Source: Hypanus sabinus
Taxonomy: Eukaryota
Direction of reading: 5' to 3'
Assembly: GCF_030144855.1 (NCBI RefSeq)
Contig: NC_082736.1
Coordinates: 10,168,001 to 10,232,000 of the forward strand
Length of the DNA: 64,000 nt
In this document: positions 49,422 through 62,254 of the stretch, piece after piece
Position numbering within the stretch: the stretch's first letter is position 1
Layout of the letters: every line of letters starts with the position of its first letter
Translations under genes and position numbers: made by a program
Notes under the pieces: model-generated
Databases searched by the model: none
What the model saw: only the letters and a program-made list of their open reading frames with translations
Told to the model about the DNA's origin: nothing

Positions 49422-51289
49422 AACGGTATCAATTGAAAAAAAAACTCGTCCTCCACAGCCTCTGAATATAAATGAACAGTTTGCGAAAGCAACGGTCAGT
49501 TTGGTCAGATCTCCCGAGAGGCTCCTTGTGTGAGGACGTCTGAGATCAGACTTTGGTTTGTGCAGGGTGGGTGGATCCAGTTCTTCAGCACCGTAGTACC
49601 AGTCACTTCTCTACAAATTCCTGAGTCTGTCTAATACTTCCCTGAATACCCCTGTGCTCTCTGCCTCTGCCACCACACCTGACAGTGCAATCCAAATCCC
49701 CACCACTGCTTTCTTCACATTCTTCCTCCGATCTTAAATACATGTTTTCTTCTAGAAGACATTTCACCCCTGCGAAAAATATTAGACTGTCCTTGTAAAT
49801 GTCACCTCTGGAGCAGAAGAGGTTCCAATGATCCAGAATCCTGAAACACTTTCCCTGCACCAGCTCCTCAGTCACTCACCAGCACTCCAGCCGTCCCAGT
49901 CAACATGATGTAATTTGTAATGACCCTCTATTACAACCCTATTGAGTCCTCTAATTCCTGCTGACTGTTTGATGTCCTATAATACAATCCATGAGAGAAT
50001 TCATTCCCCTGTGCTCTCTGCCACCACCCCTGACAGTGCATTCTGTCCCCATTTCTCTCTTTCCTTCACTTTCTTCCTCTGACCTTAAACACATGCCTTC
50101 TAGTAGAAGACATTTCACTCCTGTGAAAAATATTACTGGCTGTCTACACTAACTATGACAAGCAGGCTTTTATAATCTTCTATAAAATTTCTTCTGAGCC
50201 AATGCCATCAGATGAAAAGGTTCCAGCATGTCCACCCTCTCCTCACCACACACCTCCTCCAGACATCCTGGTAAACCCTGTCTGCCCCTGCTCCTGAACC
50301 TCCACATGCTTCCACATACAGTGTTCAGTACACTGTACTCTCACTGTGGCCTAGCCAGCATTTTGTAAACCTGTAACATTATATCCTGGTGTTTGAACTC
50401 AATGCCTTGTCTGATGAAGGCAAACATGCCGTACACCGACTTTTCCTCCCTGTCAACCTGTGCTCACAGTCAATCTCAACATCCTTCTCTTTGCCAATAC
50501 TATTCATGTTCCTACAATTAACTGTGTACCCACCCTTAATGTTGGATCTCCCAAAATGCACCCCTGGGCATCCTTTTCAGCAGAATGAATGTCAGAATGC
50601 AATGGGATTATCATTAATTCTACTCGCCAGAGATTTTTCATCATTGTTTCTAGCTCTCGAAATGTTCTTGAGTTCCCTTCTGTTTTTTAAATATAGTCCT
50701 CAAACACCCTGGTTGATTCCAGCTTCCTAAGCCTTACATATGCTTCTCACTCTTCACTGACAAAATGTGCTTCCTCTCTCATCATCCAAGGTTCCTGAAC
50801 CTTGTCATCCTTGACCCTCCCTCTTACTGGAACAAACTGGCCCTGAAACACTGTGCAGCTGATCTTTAAACAAAATCATGTCAGATGTGTATTTGTCTCA
50901 AAATCAATCCTTACAGTGCTAAGCATTAAATTTAGCTTCAATCTCTCCATTCAGTGACTGGTGTTCTGGTTCACATCCCCGTCAATCTAATTTCAACCCT
51001 CTCAGGGAGCAGCAATAAACCTCATGATACAGACCCCCCTCCAGTGAAGGTGCAAGCCATCCCTCTTGTAAATGTCACCTCTGCACCAGAAGAGGTTCCA
51101 ATGTTCTGGAATCCTGAAACCCTGTCCCTGGACCAGCACCTCAGCCACACATTCATCTGCTCTAACTTTCTGTCCCTAACACCACTACCACACAGCATGG
51201 GGAGTAACCGGGTGATTACAACCTTTCAGGTCCTGCCCGTCAACTTGTTCCCTGACTCTCTATATTCACTGTAGGATCTCATCCCTTTT

Positions 51290-51940
51290 CAGGGCCCCAG
51301 ATAGTCCTTCCAGGTGAGGAAAACGCTTCACCTGCGAGTCTGCTGGAGTTGTCTATTGCATCCGGTGCTCCCGGTGCAGCCTCGTCTACATCGGCGACAC
51401 CCAACGCAGATTGGGGAACAGCTTCGTCGAACAGATCAGCTCCACCCATCACAATAGACAGGACCTCCCGATTGCCACCCACTTCAACTCTGCCTCTCAT
51501 TCACATCTAGATATGTCCATACATGGCCTCCGCTACTATCATGATGAGGCCCAACTCAGGTTGGAGGACCAACACCTTATCTAACTGTCTGGGTAGCCTC
51601 CAGCCTGGTGGTATGAACATTGAATTCTCCAATTTCCGGTAATTCCCTCCCCCTCCCCCTATCCCAGGTCGCTCTCTGCCTCTCTCCCCTTTCTACTTTC
51701 TGCTCCTTTATCTCTACTTTCTGCTTTATACATTCCTTTCTGCTTATCCCCTCCCCCCTTTATCTTTCCTCTGATTGGTTTTCCTCCTGGCTCCTCTGGG
51801 TCCTAACCCCTCCCCTATCTCTATTACTGGGCTTCGGCCCTCTCTTCCCCCCATTCCTGATGAAGGGTTTCGGCCCGAAATGTTGGCTACTCTTTTCTCA
51901 CAGATGCTGCCTGACCTGCTGAGTTATTCCAGCGTTGTGT
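51290..51940 (+). mobile_element. Penelope-like element 3' fragment (GIY-YIG endonuclease + terminal repeat)
   Basis: FTCESAGVVYCIRCSRCSLVYIGDTQRRLG, RLEDQHLI..LGSLQPGGMNIEFSNF. Confidence 0.85.
51852..51889 (+). ncRNA. Minimal type I hammerhead ribozyme motif (Penelope-associated, partly decayed)
   Basis: CTGATGA-A-GGG(TTTCGG)CCC-GAAA-TGTT; conserved core boxes and stem II intact. Confidence 0.6.
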
Positions 51941-52089
51941 ACATATTCTCTCATCCCTTTTCTACCTGTCCACTGGTACCGACGTGAACCACCACCTCTG
52001 GCTGAATGAACATTGCTCAGCAGCTGCTCTGAGACGTCCCTGACACTCAGTTATACAATTTACAAAACTTTTTGAAACCATCTATAAAA

Positions 52090-53735
52090 GTGTTTAGGAG
52101 AGGAAAAAGATCAAACAAGAAGGTAAGCTAGCCATTAATATTAAAGAGGATACCAAAAGTTACTTCAGATATACAAAGTGTAAATGAGAGGCAAAAGTCA
52201 ATATTAGTACTTTCGAAGATGATGCTGAAGAGGTAGTAATGGGGTACAGGGCAGTGGCAAAGAAGCTGAATAAGTATTGTGCTTCAATCTTCACTGGAGA
52301 AGACAATAGCAGTCTGCTGGAAATTCAGGAGAATCAGGGGGCAGAAATGAGTGAATTAGCCTTTACTGAAATATCTGAAGGTAGATAAATCAGCTGGACC
52401 AGATTTTCTACACCAATGCTATGAAAGAGGTGACTGATGAGATTAGTAATAATCTTTCCATAATCCCTGGATTCTGGCGTGGTTTCGGAGAACAGGAAAA
52501 TTGCAAACATCATTCTACTCTTGAAGAAGGGAGGAGGGCAGAAGAAAGGAGGCCAGTTAGTATGACGTCAGTGGTTGAGAAGATGATGGACTCAATTGTT
52601 AAGGATGTATTTTCGGGCTACTTGGCAACACATGATAAAATAGGACAAAGTCAGCATGGGTTCCTTTAGGGGATATCCTGCTTCTTGAGTGTGTTGAAAT
52701 TCCTTGAAGAAATAAGCAGGATAGACAAAGAGAATCAATGGATGGGTGTGTGTTATGCAATTGGATTTTTAGAAGGCCTTTGACAAGGTGCCACACATGA
52801 GGCTGCTAAAATTAAGAGCCTATGACACAGGAAAGATATGAGCATGGATTAAGACTTGGCTGATTGGCAGGAAGCAAAGAGTGGCATAAAGGAAGACTTT
52901 TCTGGTTGACTACAATGACTAATGGCATTTTTTTGGGATCACTTCTTTTAAAGTTACAGTATATATCAATGATTTGGATGACAGAAATGATGGCTTTCTG
53001 ACCATTTGTATATTAAAATAGGTAGCAGGAAGCAGAAAGGCTACAGAGAGGCTTAGACAGATTGTGAGAATGGGCAAACATATGGCAGGTGGAATAACAT
53101 GTCGAGAAGTTTATGGTCAAGGACACTGGTAGAAAAATTGAAAGAATAGACAATTGCTCTAAAAGGAGAGAAACATCAAAATCTGACATGTAAAGGAACT
53201 TTGGAGTAGAGGAGGTTCCTGAAGGTTCATTTGTACTGTGAGCAATTCTGGGCCACTTATCGAAGAAAGGTGTACTGACATTGGAGAGGGTTCAGAGGAG
53301 ATTCACGAGAATGATTCCAAGATTGAAAGTTTATCATATGACGACCATTTGATTGTGCAGGGCCAGACTGACTGGAATTCATGAGAATGAGAGGGGATTT
53401 CATTGAAACCTACCGAATGTTGAAAGGACTCGGTAGAGTGGATAGGGAGAGGATAGAGGGGGAATCCAGGAACAGAGGGCACAGCCTCTGAGTCTAAATG
53501 GAGATGAGGAGGAATTTGTTTAGCCAGACTGTGGCTCAACCATGGAATTTATTGCCAGAGGCCATCATTGGGTATAATTAAGGTAGAGGTTGATACATTC
53601 TTGATTTGTCAGGGCATGGTGGGTTAAGGGGAGGTCAGGATATTGGGGCTGAGAGGGAAATGGATCAGCCATGATAAAGTAAAAGAGCAGACACAATGGG
53701 CCAAAGGGCCTAACTCTGCTCCTATATTTAATGGT
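52090..53735 (+). mobile_element. CR1 LINE, decayed ORF2 to 3' UTR
   Basis: RPVSMTSVVEKMMDSIVKD, QSQHGFL, LDF.KAFDKVPH, LERVQRRFTRMIP; 3' UTR. Confidence 0.85.
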
Positions 53736-54209
53736 TTTACAACAAAAAGGCTCCATCCCGGACAAAATCTTGGTAAACCTGCTCTACAGTGTTCCTGCTT
53801 CCTGCAATTGACATGGGATGGGGACCAGAGACCCAGTTCACTCATTACAGTCATCATGTTCTTTCTGCAGTGTGTCGACCAGACCTGCAGACAGGACTCC
53901 AGCAGTGTGGGAACCCACATGTTATCAACCTGGTGCCTAAAACCTCTTTGTTAATCTATTATCTCTTTATTTTCTGCCATTAACACCCGCACCATCCCCA
54001 AAACTCACTGTGGTTTACAGATGTAGTTTCACTTCACAGCAATAAGTCTGTTCATATTAAATATCTCAGTGTTAGTTGTCAAATCTCTCTAGCTTTATAT
54101 TTCACAAATTGCTGGAGGAATCAGCAGGTCAGGTAGCATCTATGGGGAAAAGAGTACAGTCGACTTTTCGAGCCAAGACCCTTCAGCAGTCCTGCTTTTC
54201 TTTCCCATA

Positions 54210-54908
54210 CATCGTGACCCCTGTTTCCATCCAAGGGGTCAGTGTGGACATGGTGGAGGATTACAAATACTTGGGGATATGAATTGACAATAAACTGGAC
54301 TGGTCAAAGAACACTGAGGTTGTCTACAAGAAGGGTCAGAGCTGTCTCTACTTCCTGAGGAGACCGAGGTCCTTTAACATCTACCAGATGATGCTGAAGA
54401 TGTTCTACAAGTCTGTGGTGGCCCGTGCAATCATGTTTGCTGTTGTGTGCTGGGGCAGCAGGCTGAGGGTAGCAGACACCAACAAAATTAACAAACTCAT
54501 TCGTATGGCAAGTGATGTTGTGGGGGGTGCAACTGGACTTTCTGACAGTGGTGTCTGAAAAGAGGATGCTGTCCAAGTTGCATGCCATCTTGAACAAAGT
54601 CTCCCATCCACTTCATAATGTACTGGTTAGGCACAGGAGTACGTTCAGCCAGAGACTCATTCCACCAAGATGCAACACTGAGCATCATAGGAAGTCATTC
54701 CTGCCTGTGGCCATCAAACTTTACAACTCCTGCCTTGGAGTGTCAGACACCCTGAGCCAATTGGCTGGTCGTCGACTTATTTCCACTTGGAATAATTTAC
54801 TTATTATTATTTAATTATGGTTTTATATTGCTATATTTCTACACTATTCTTGGTTGTTGCGACTGTAAGGAAACCCAATTTGCCTCGGGATCGATGAAGT
54901 ATGTCTGT
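54210..54908 (+). mobile_element. Rex1/L2-like LINE 3' fragment
   Basis: VEDYKYLGI.IDNKLDW, KKGQSCLYFLRR, SHPLH, RKSFLPVAIKLYN. Confidence 0.8.
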
Positions 54909-55125
54909 CTGCCTGGCCTGCTGAGTTCCTCCAGCATTTTCTGTGTGTAGTTTGGATTTCCAGCATCTGCAGACTCTCTCTTGTTTGTAGCTTTATATCT
55001 CGCTCTCTTTCTTTTTTCGTACATCTTTATTGTTTTCCTTTACAGTAAGTTCTTTTCCCCTTTCCCAGTTATAGATTTAACACTGAAATGTCTCGCCGTG
55101 CAGTCACTGTCCGCTGTTGCTCCTA

Positions 55126-55468
55126 TGATTGACAAGTACATTGCTCCTCCTCCCGGGCTGCGGCCAAGATATCATGTGATGAGCATCCCTTTCGCTGCCC
55201 TGATGTCGCAGAGTCAGAAAGCCTCCGGAACGTCGTTGCCTTAGCAACAGACCCAAGTCTCCACGTAGAAGGATCCTGGGTTGGAAGTGCAGAAAAGGCT
55301 TCCCCCCGACGGGCCTTTTTCATGAAGGGCTCAGTGATTTATTTGCAATATTTGCGGGTGACCGGCGGCTTCTCTGATTGACAGCACGCACCCCCCCCCC
55401 CCCTTCGGGCCGCAGCCTCCTGCCTCGTTGCTGTGATGTCACAGTGACGCACCTGTTTCCAAGGCAGC
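55126..55468 (+). promoter_or_regulatory. Two further, CpG-decayed copies of the 20160 promoter module
   Basis: Copy 2: TGATTGACAA 55126, TCATGTGA 55172, TGATGTCG 55201, GTTGCCTTAGCAAC 55235-55248. Copy 3: TGATTGACAG 55375, TGATGTCA 55434, GTTTCCAAGGCAGC 55455-55468. Confidence 0.5.
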
Positions 55469-55609
55469 GGGCGCGGGAATGTGGCAAGGCCCCGCGGACG
55501 GGGGAGGGGGAGCGCCTTGGTCCCGGGGATCTGTGCTTGTTCAACCTCGCCTTATAACTGAAACTGTCCTTCCTGTGATGTGGCAACCGGCTCTGATCGC
55601 AAGATTTTA

Positions 55610-58600
55610 AAATGTTTCTAATGTGTCCGCCACAATCACTGGCAGTTTATTCAAAATACCCACCACCCTCTGCCCATTATGTCTGATCTGAAATACCTGC
55701 CTTGTTTTTATCAGCCATTTCCTGTGAAAAAGACTACGTGCTTTTACCCTGTCTATGCTCCTCATAATCTACAGACCTCTACTAGGATCATCTCTGAATC
55801 TGCTCTGCTCCAGGGAATAAAATACTAGTCTATACAACCTCTCTTTGTAACTCAGACTCCCCAGGACAAAGCAAATATCTGCTATTTTTCTTTCTCCCTG
55901 CACTCTCTCTAGTTTCAGAACAGTTTCCTACCAACACTATACACAATATCCCCCGTCAGTCCTCACCAAAGACTTTTATATTTACAGCATATTTTCTCAA
56001 ATCAAAGAAAAACCTTCTCATCTCTGCAATGACTGAAGAAGGCCAGCAGGTCAAACACCATATCTAACTGAGATGTCACTTTCAGTGAACTATGCATTCA
56101 CATGGACATTGTTTCTATAAATTACTAACAAAAAGATCCCAGCACCTAGAGGCGCACAACTAGACAGAGACCTCCAGTTTGAGGCACAGCCCTCAACCGT
56201 CAGCCTCTGCTTCCTGTCACTGAGGCAATTATGAAACCAATCAACTATCTCCCGTGGATTCCATCTCTCAGATCTAACCTCCCAGACCAGAGTCAAAGGC
56301 CTGTCTCCTGTCCATTTAGACAACATCCACAACTAACCTCATCTACGCACTTGTGAAACTCCTCAAAGAGCTGCAAGATAATTGTCAGACATGATTTCCC
56401 TTGCACACAACTGTGCTGTCTGTCTTGAATCAGACCAAATGTTGGTAGATCCTGTTTCTCAAAACCTCCTCCAATAAATTACCCAACACTGATATCAGAC
56501 TGATGGGCCAGTAGTTTCCTGACTAGTTTCCTGGCACTGCATTAAAACAAAAGACCTTAAGTTATTGGAGCAGGATTGGGTCTTTTGGCTCATCCAGTCT
56601 GTTCCATCATTCCATCATGCCTGATTTATTATTCATCCCAACACCATTCTCTGCCCTTTTCCCCTTAAACTTTGATGCCCTTAATAATAATTAAATCATC
56701 CTAACCTCTGTTTTAAATAGACCTACTGACTGCCTTCATGGCCGCCTGTGCCAATGAAATGTATCGATTGATCACCTTCTGAATACAGAAATTACTCATC
56801 TCTATTCTAGAAGGGCATCTTTGTATTGAGGGTGTAGTCTGGTTCTAGACTCTTCTATTATTGGAAACATCATCTCATATCAACGCTACCTACGCCTTTC
56901 AACATTCAATATGTTTCTATATGATGCTCCCTCATTCTTCTAGACTCCAGTGACTACAGGCCCAGATCTTCAAATGATCGTTATATCCTAACTGTTTCAG
57001 ACTTGGGATCATTCTCGTGAATTTCCCCTGTAAACTCTGCAATGTCAGCACAGCCTTTCTTAGAAAAGTGACCCAAACCTGCTCATGATACTCCAAATAA
57101 GTTCTGGCTAAAGCTTCAGCTTTTATATTCTAGTTCTTTTGGAATGAATGCAAATATTGCATTTGCCTTCCTTACTAGCATCTAAATGTGCACATTAACC
57201 TTTAGGGAATCCTGCATTAGGAGCCGCAAAGTCCCTTTACATATCTGATTTCTGTTCTTTCCCTGATTAGATGGAGTCTATGCCTTTATTCCTCCTCCCA
57301 GTGTTCATGACCACACACTTCCTTACACTGTATATTGTCTGGAACTTCTCTGTCCATTCTCTAAATCTGTCCAAGTGCTACTGCAGACTCCCTGCATCCA
57401 TAACACTGCCTGCCTCTCTGTCTATTTTTGATTCATCCACAGACTTGGCCTCAAAACTGCAAATTCCACGTTAGTCACTCTCCAATCATGTCTAACCTCA
57501 ACTGATGCCTGTGGTGAAGCAACAATCTCTCCCGTGGCCTCTACAGTGTATTCTCTAACTTCTCACAAAATACAAGAATGTACCTGAAAGGCCCGGTAGG
57601 TTTAACAACCTTAAAGCATCTTATGGCCTCCAATATAGATCCCTGCTAACTTGAATGTGGTCGAAGATATCACATCTGATTCATGCCATTTCCGTAACTC
57701 CATCACTTTCCATAATTTTCTCAATGGTGATATAACTGTCAAAAATATTCATGGAAAGCCTCTCCCATATCCTTCAGTTCCACACACAGATGGCCATCCT
57801 CATCTCCAAGTGGATCAATTCTGTCCAAATTCCCTTTTCCTCTGAATGTACCGAGAGAATCTCAGGGGATTTTGCTCAATTTTCCTTCCAAATCCTGATC
57901 TTCTCCTATTGTAGTCCTAACTTTTATGAGAGATGCTATGTCTAATAATATTCTTGAACAATTCCCCTGGCATTGATCCAGGTCTCACCATTTCATAATT
58001 TCCTGGGTTGACTCTGTTGCCGGAGGAACAACATGCCCTGGAATTTCAGCATTCCCTTCTCTGATCTCACTATCCTCCAGGACCACATTGATGAATACTA
58101 ATATGAAGTAGTGGTTTAGTCCCTCACCCACTTCAGAAGTAAACTTTCTCCTTTGTCCTTGTTTTGTTGTACCCTCTCCATAGTGCCCCTTCTCCCCAAA
58201 GTTATTTCCTGTCCCCGTTTGACACGTCTGATTCTCTGTTTAACTTCTCTCTTGCTTGCTTCATATTGCCAGAGGCCTTCTCCAATTTATACATCTGAAA
58301 CATTCCTTATCTTTCATTTTCTATCAGATTGAATTCATAACATCTCCTACCCCTGTGCCAGACTTTACCAACCTTGTCTTTCTTCCACATAGAAACAGTC
58401 TGAATTCTGACCTTTAACCACTAGTCACATGTCAAATGTGGATGGACAAAACACAGCTGCACCCATTCCCCTCACCTCAGTTCCTGTCCAACACAGTTTC
58501 CCTTAGTTATATACCGATTAACCACATTACCTCTATGACGAGTCCTGTGCTTACTTACTGCTCTCAGAATGAAATTTCTATCTGTTGCCAGGCTCATTTT

Positions 58601-59060
58601 CCAATACAATGCCTTCTGTAACCCACTTCCCTGGTTAGACTACCCACTTCTATGTTAAGAAACATCCCAGTATTCTTCTAACATACACAATGATATCTAA
58701 GCCCCTGAGTCTAAGGGAGTCCCAGTCAACTGGGGAAATTATTCACCCACTGCAACGACCCTGTTGCTTTTACATCTTTCATGCCCTGCTACATTTCAGT
58801 TTCTTTACCTCCTGCTGGCATTTGGGAGGCCAGTAGCACAACTCCATTGGTGAATGCACCTCTCTTATCCTGAGCTCTATTCACACTGGATAAACCCTCC
58901 AGTGTGTTCTCTCTTAGTCCCTCACCCACAATTCCATATAAAGGCTGATCTGCCATCAGCCTCTTCTTGTATGTTGATCCCACTTCCCTGATTTTATAAA
59001 CACTTATCTTGCTCCACGTTAAATCTTTATGGTCATCCAGCGTCTCCACTCCTCTCAGTT
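55610..59060 (-). mobile_element. Mosaic of old CR1 fragments
   Basis: Decayed RT and 3' UTR motifs on the minus strand (e.g. RKQRLTVEG..SNWRSL). Boundaries approximate. Confidence 0.6.
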
Positions 59061-59369
59061 AGGGGATTCTAGTGTTTGTTATACAGTGTTTTGTTTGTTT
59101 TATCATGTCTGGTCTTGTCAAACAGTGCAGGCATGTTCTTTGGTTTCCTGCAGTTCACAATTTTGTGCACCACAGTCACAAACAGTCATATGATTATGTA
59201 GACAGAGAGGGAGTTTAAATGAAGTGAACATGGGCAGTTGGCATATTTTGCATGTTATCGTTCCAAGGGAATCGTTTGATTGTGCATATTTAGGCACTTA
59301 TCAAGATCCAATAAAAAGAAGTTAGATTTAAAGAGAGCAGTCATTGTATGAGTGGGCCAAAATTGGAGT

Positions 59370-61420
59370 GGGGAGATGAGGCTTTGGCACATCTGAGAGG
59401 TGTAGGCAAGAAAGATAAGTTTTTCTTTATTCCTTACTTCTTCTGTATTACTCATTTGAAGCAGAAAGGATGCCAGACAAGATACTGCCTAATATCAGCG
59501 TCACAAAATTGGGTTGATAGAAGGTGACAGAGGGTGGTTGTGTCAGCTTATCATTCAGGTTGGAGGCCTCTGACCAGTGACGTTCACAGGGATCGGTTCT
59601 GGTACTGTCATTTGTCATCGATGTGAACACTTTCTCTGACATTGTTGTGAACGTGATTAGTGAGTTTGCAGATGACAGCGATGCTGTTGGTAGAGTGGGA
59701 TCCCGAATGGGATGGGGACGAACTGGGGAAGTTGGCCAAAGAATGGCAGATGGATGTTGATGTGGACAAGTATGAACTCTTGCATTTTGAGAAGTCCAAG
59801 GGAAGGACCTGCACAGTAAATTCTGTTCCTTGGAGAGTATTGCAGACAGAGTGTCCATGGAATACAGGAACATCATTCACTGAAAGTGACAACACAGGTA
59901 GTCAGGATGGTGAAGATGATGTTTGCCCTATTTGTCTTCATTGGTCAGGGAAATGAGTTACAGGATTTGGGATGTCATATGACAACTGTAATCGTCGAAG
60001 TGAGATTGCACTGTAATGTGCACAGTTCTAGTCACCCAGCTACAGGAAGGATGTCATGAAGCTGGAAAGTGTGGAGGGAGGTTTGAGGAGGGTGTTACTG
60101 ACACTGGAGGATTTGAATTATTTGCAGAAGTTTGGACAGACTGGGACTCTCTTTCTCAACTGAGAGATTAAGGAGCTGACCAGTGACCATCCAAAGCTTT
60201 ACAAAATCAGTACGCGATAACTGTTTGTGTCAGGGCAGGGAAGTATAAATTTATAGGACAATTGTTTAAGGTGTAGGGGAAACATTTAAAGGCTACCTGA
60301 CTGGTGGGGGGATGCTGCATGTTTGATGAAGGAGACCAACACTGCAGTAATGTGACGGATTTGATGAGATTTTCTAAGTAAAGGATTCAAATAAAATGAT
60401 GAATGTTGATTTTGATGGGATTACACTGCTGGCCTCCCAATAGGCTGAGATATTGTGGAGCAGACATGTTGGTAAATCACACAGAGGTGTAATGGGAACA
60501 GGCTTACAGCAGTCGGGCATATTGACATCCCCAGCATTAACCAGATTGCCTTTGTATGAAAAGCTTCAGTTTCCAGGAGTAATTTGGCAGATGCAGGATC
60601 AGTTCATCCCTCAGCAGGAACAATATATGAAAGGGAGAATGAGGCAATCATCACCAACAATAGAAGACAAAAGCAGCATAAAATAACATGAGAGAGCAGA
60701 GAATATCACAAAAGTTAGTGGGAAGCTAAAGGATTAGGGAACTTAAAAAGAACAGAAGGTAACTAAAATTGTAATTTGGAGAGAACAGATGAATTATTAA
60801 AGTAACTGGCCAATAGTATAAAGGAGAATACAAGATTTTTTTCAGACATTTAAAGAGTAAAAGAGAGGCAAGACTGGATCAGGATTCAGGTTTCCCATTC
60901 TCACCTTCAGAATCACATCCCTCCCTGATCTTCTTTTACACTGTTTAGTTTATTCAGTATTTCTTATTTAACCTGGCAATCTTGATCATTTAGTGAAGAG
61001 GGCCACAGCGTGGCAAATGCATTTCAATACAGATAAATGTGATGCAGTGCACATTGCAAAGTCAATCCAGTGTAGAACTTACACTATGAATGGTCGGTCA
61101 TTAGGGAGTGTATTGGGCTGGAGAGATTTAGGGGTAAATCTCTCACACACAGTTCATTGAAAGTGGTGTCACTGGTAGACAGGGTGGTGAAGAACTGGGT
61201 TTAACATGCTGGTCTTCATTAGTCAGGGGATTGAGTATATCAGTTGGGACATTATGTTACAGTTGTGTAAGTGACTGGAGGTCACACTTATCGTTTTGTG
61301 TACAGCTCTTGTCACCATTTTAGGAAAGGTGGTTAAACTGGGGAGAGTGTAGAGAAGACTTCCAAGGATGTTTCCGGGATCTGAGATTCTCAGTTACACA
61401 GAGATGTTGGTCGGACAATG
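59370..61420 (+). mobile_element. Mosaic of old CR1 fragments
   Basis: QGSVLVL, KFADDS-like, WQM.F..DKC and 3' ORF2 motifs. Boundaries approximate. Confidence 0.6.
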
Positions 61421-61752
61421 TCCGTTGTTCTTTATTCTTTGGTATCAGAATCATTTACCACCGTGTTACATGACAAGGAATCTGTCTTTTTATTTTGACG
61501 GCAGTACAATGCGATGAAGGTGCAGATGTGAACATTGTATCGGCATAACGCCAAGAGATTCTGGGAATCGTGAACAACGCGGACAAAATGCTGGGGGAAC
61601 CCAGCAAGTCAGGCAGCATCTCCCACCAGAGTCTTGATGGCTGTTTATTCCCACCATTGATGCTGCCTGACTTGCTGATTTCCGCCAGCATTGAGTGTGT
61701 ACTGTGTCAGAGAGAGTGAGTTAAAGGAGCGGGCGGCTTAGAACAGTGTCCC

Positions 61753-62180
61753 TGTGTTTGTGAGTCCGAACACATCGTAGGATTCCTCAGCGCCTCCTGT
61801 AGAAAATGAAAAGATGTTTTTTTGATACGGAAGCACCCACTCCCCGGCTCGGTCTCGAAGAGGGAATTAACTGCAAAGTTTTAATTAGTTTAAATAATTC
61901 AGCCAAAAAGCAGAGAACAGGTCTACGATCGGGAGAGAGAACGCGGGCAATGAAGTAACGAAACGGGTTAAAATAGAAAGCGCTGCCTTTAATCCCGATT
62001 AAACTTCTTTCCAGCGAACATTCTGGCCTCAGAGACAGACAGGGACTAGTCCGAGTCTCCGCAGCGTCCGATTTGAATTGGAATCGGCGAGTTTTTGAGG
62101 AGAGAGAAGCACAGAAAAATGAAGCTGCCTGGAGCAGAAAGCAGGATGTCTCCGCCCAGTCCGCTCGCTGCCTTTAAATT
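61753..62180 (+). promoter_or_regulatory. H1 promoter: TG-box, H1/AC-box variant, GC box, TATA-like
   Basis: TGTGTTT 61753-61759; TTTTTGAGG..AAGCACA 62107-62113; CCGCCC ~62152; TTTAAAT ~62173. Confidence 0.65.
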
Positions 62181-62254
62181 GCTCTGCGCCGCCGCCTTTC
62201 GCTTCATTTCTCATTCAGTTCTGATTGTGAGAAGGATTTATCAGAGTCGCCGAC

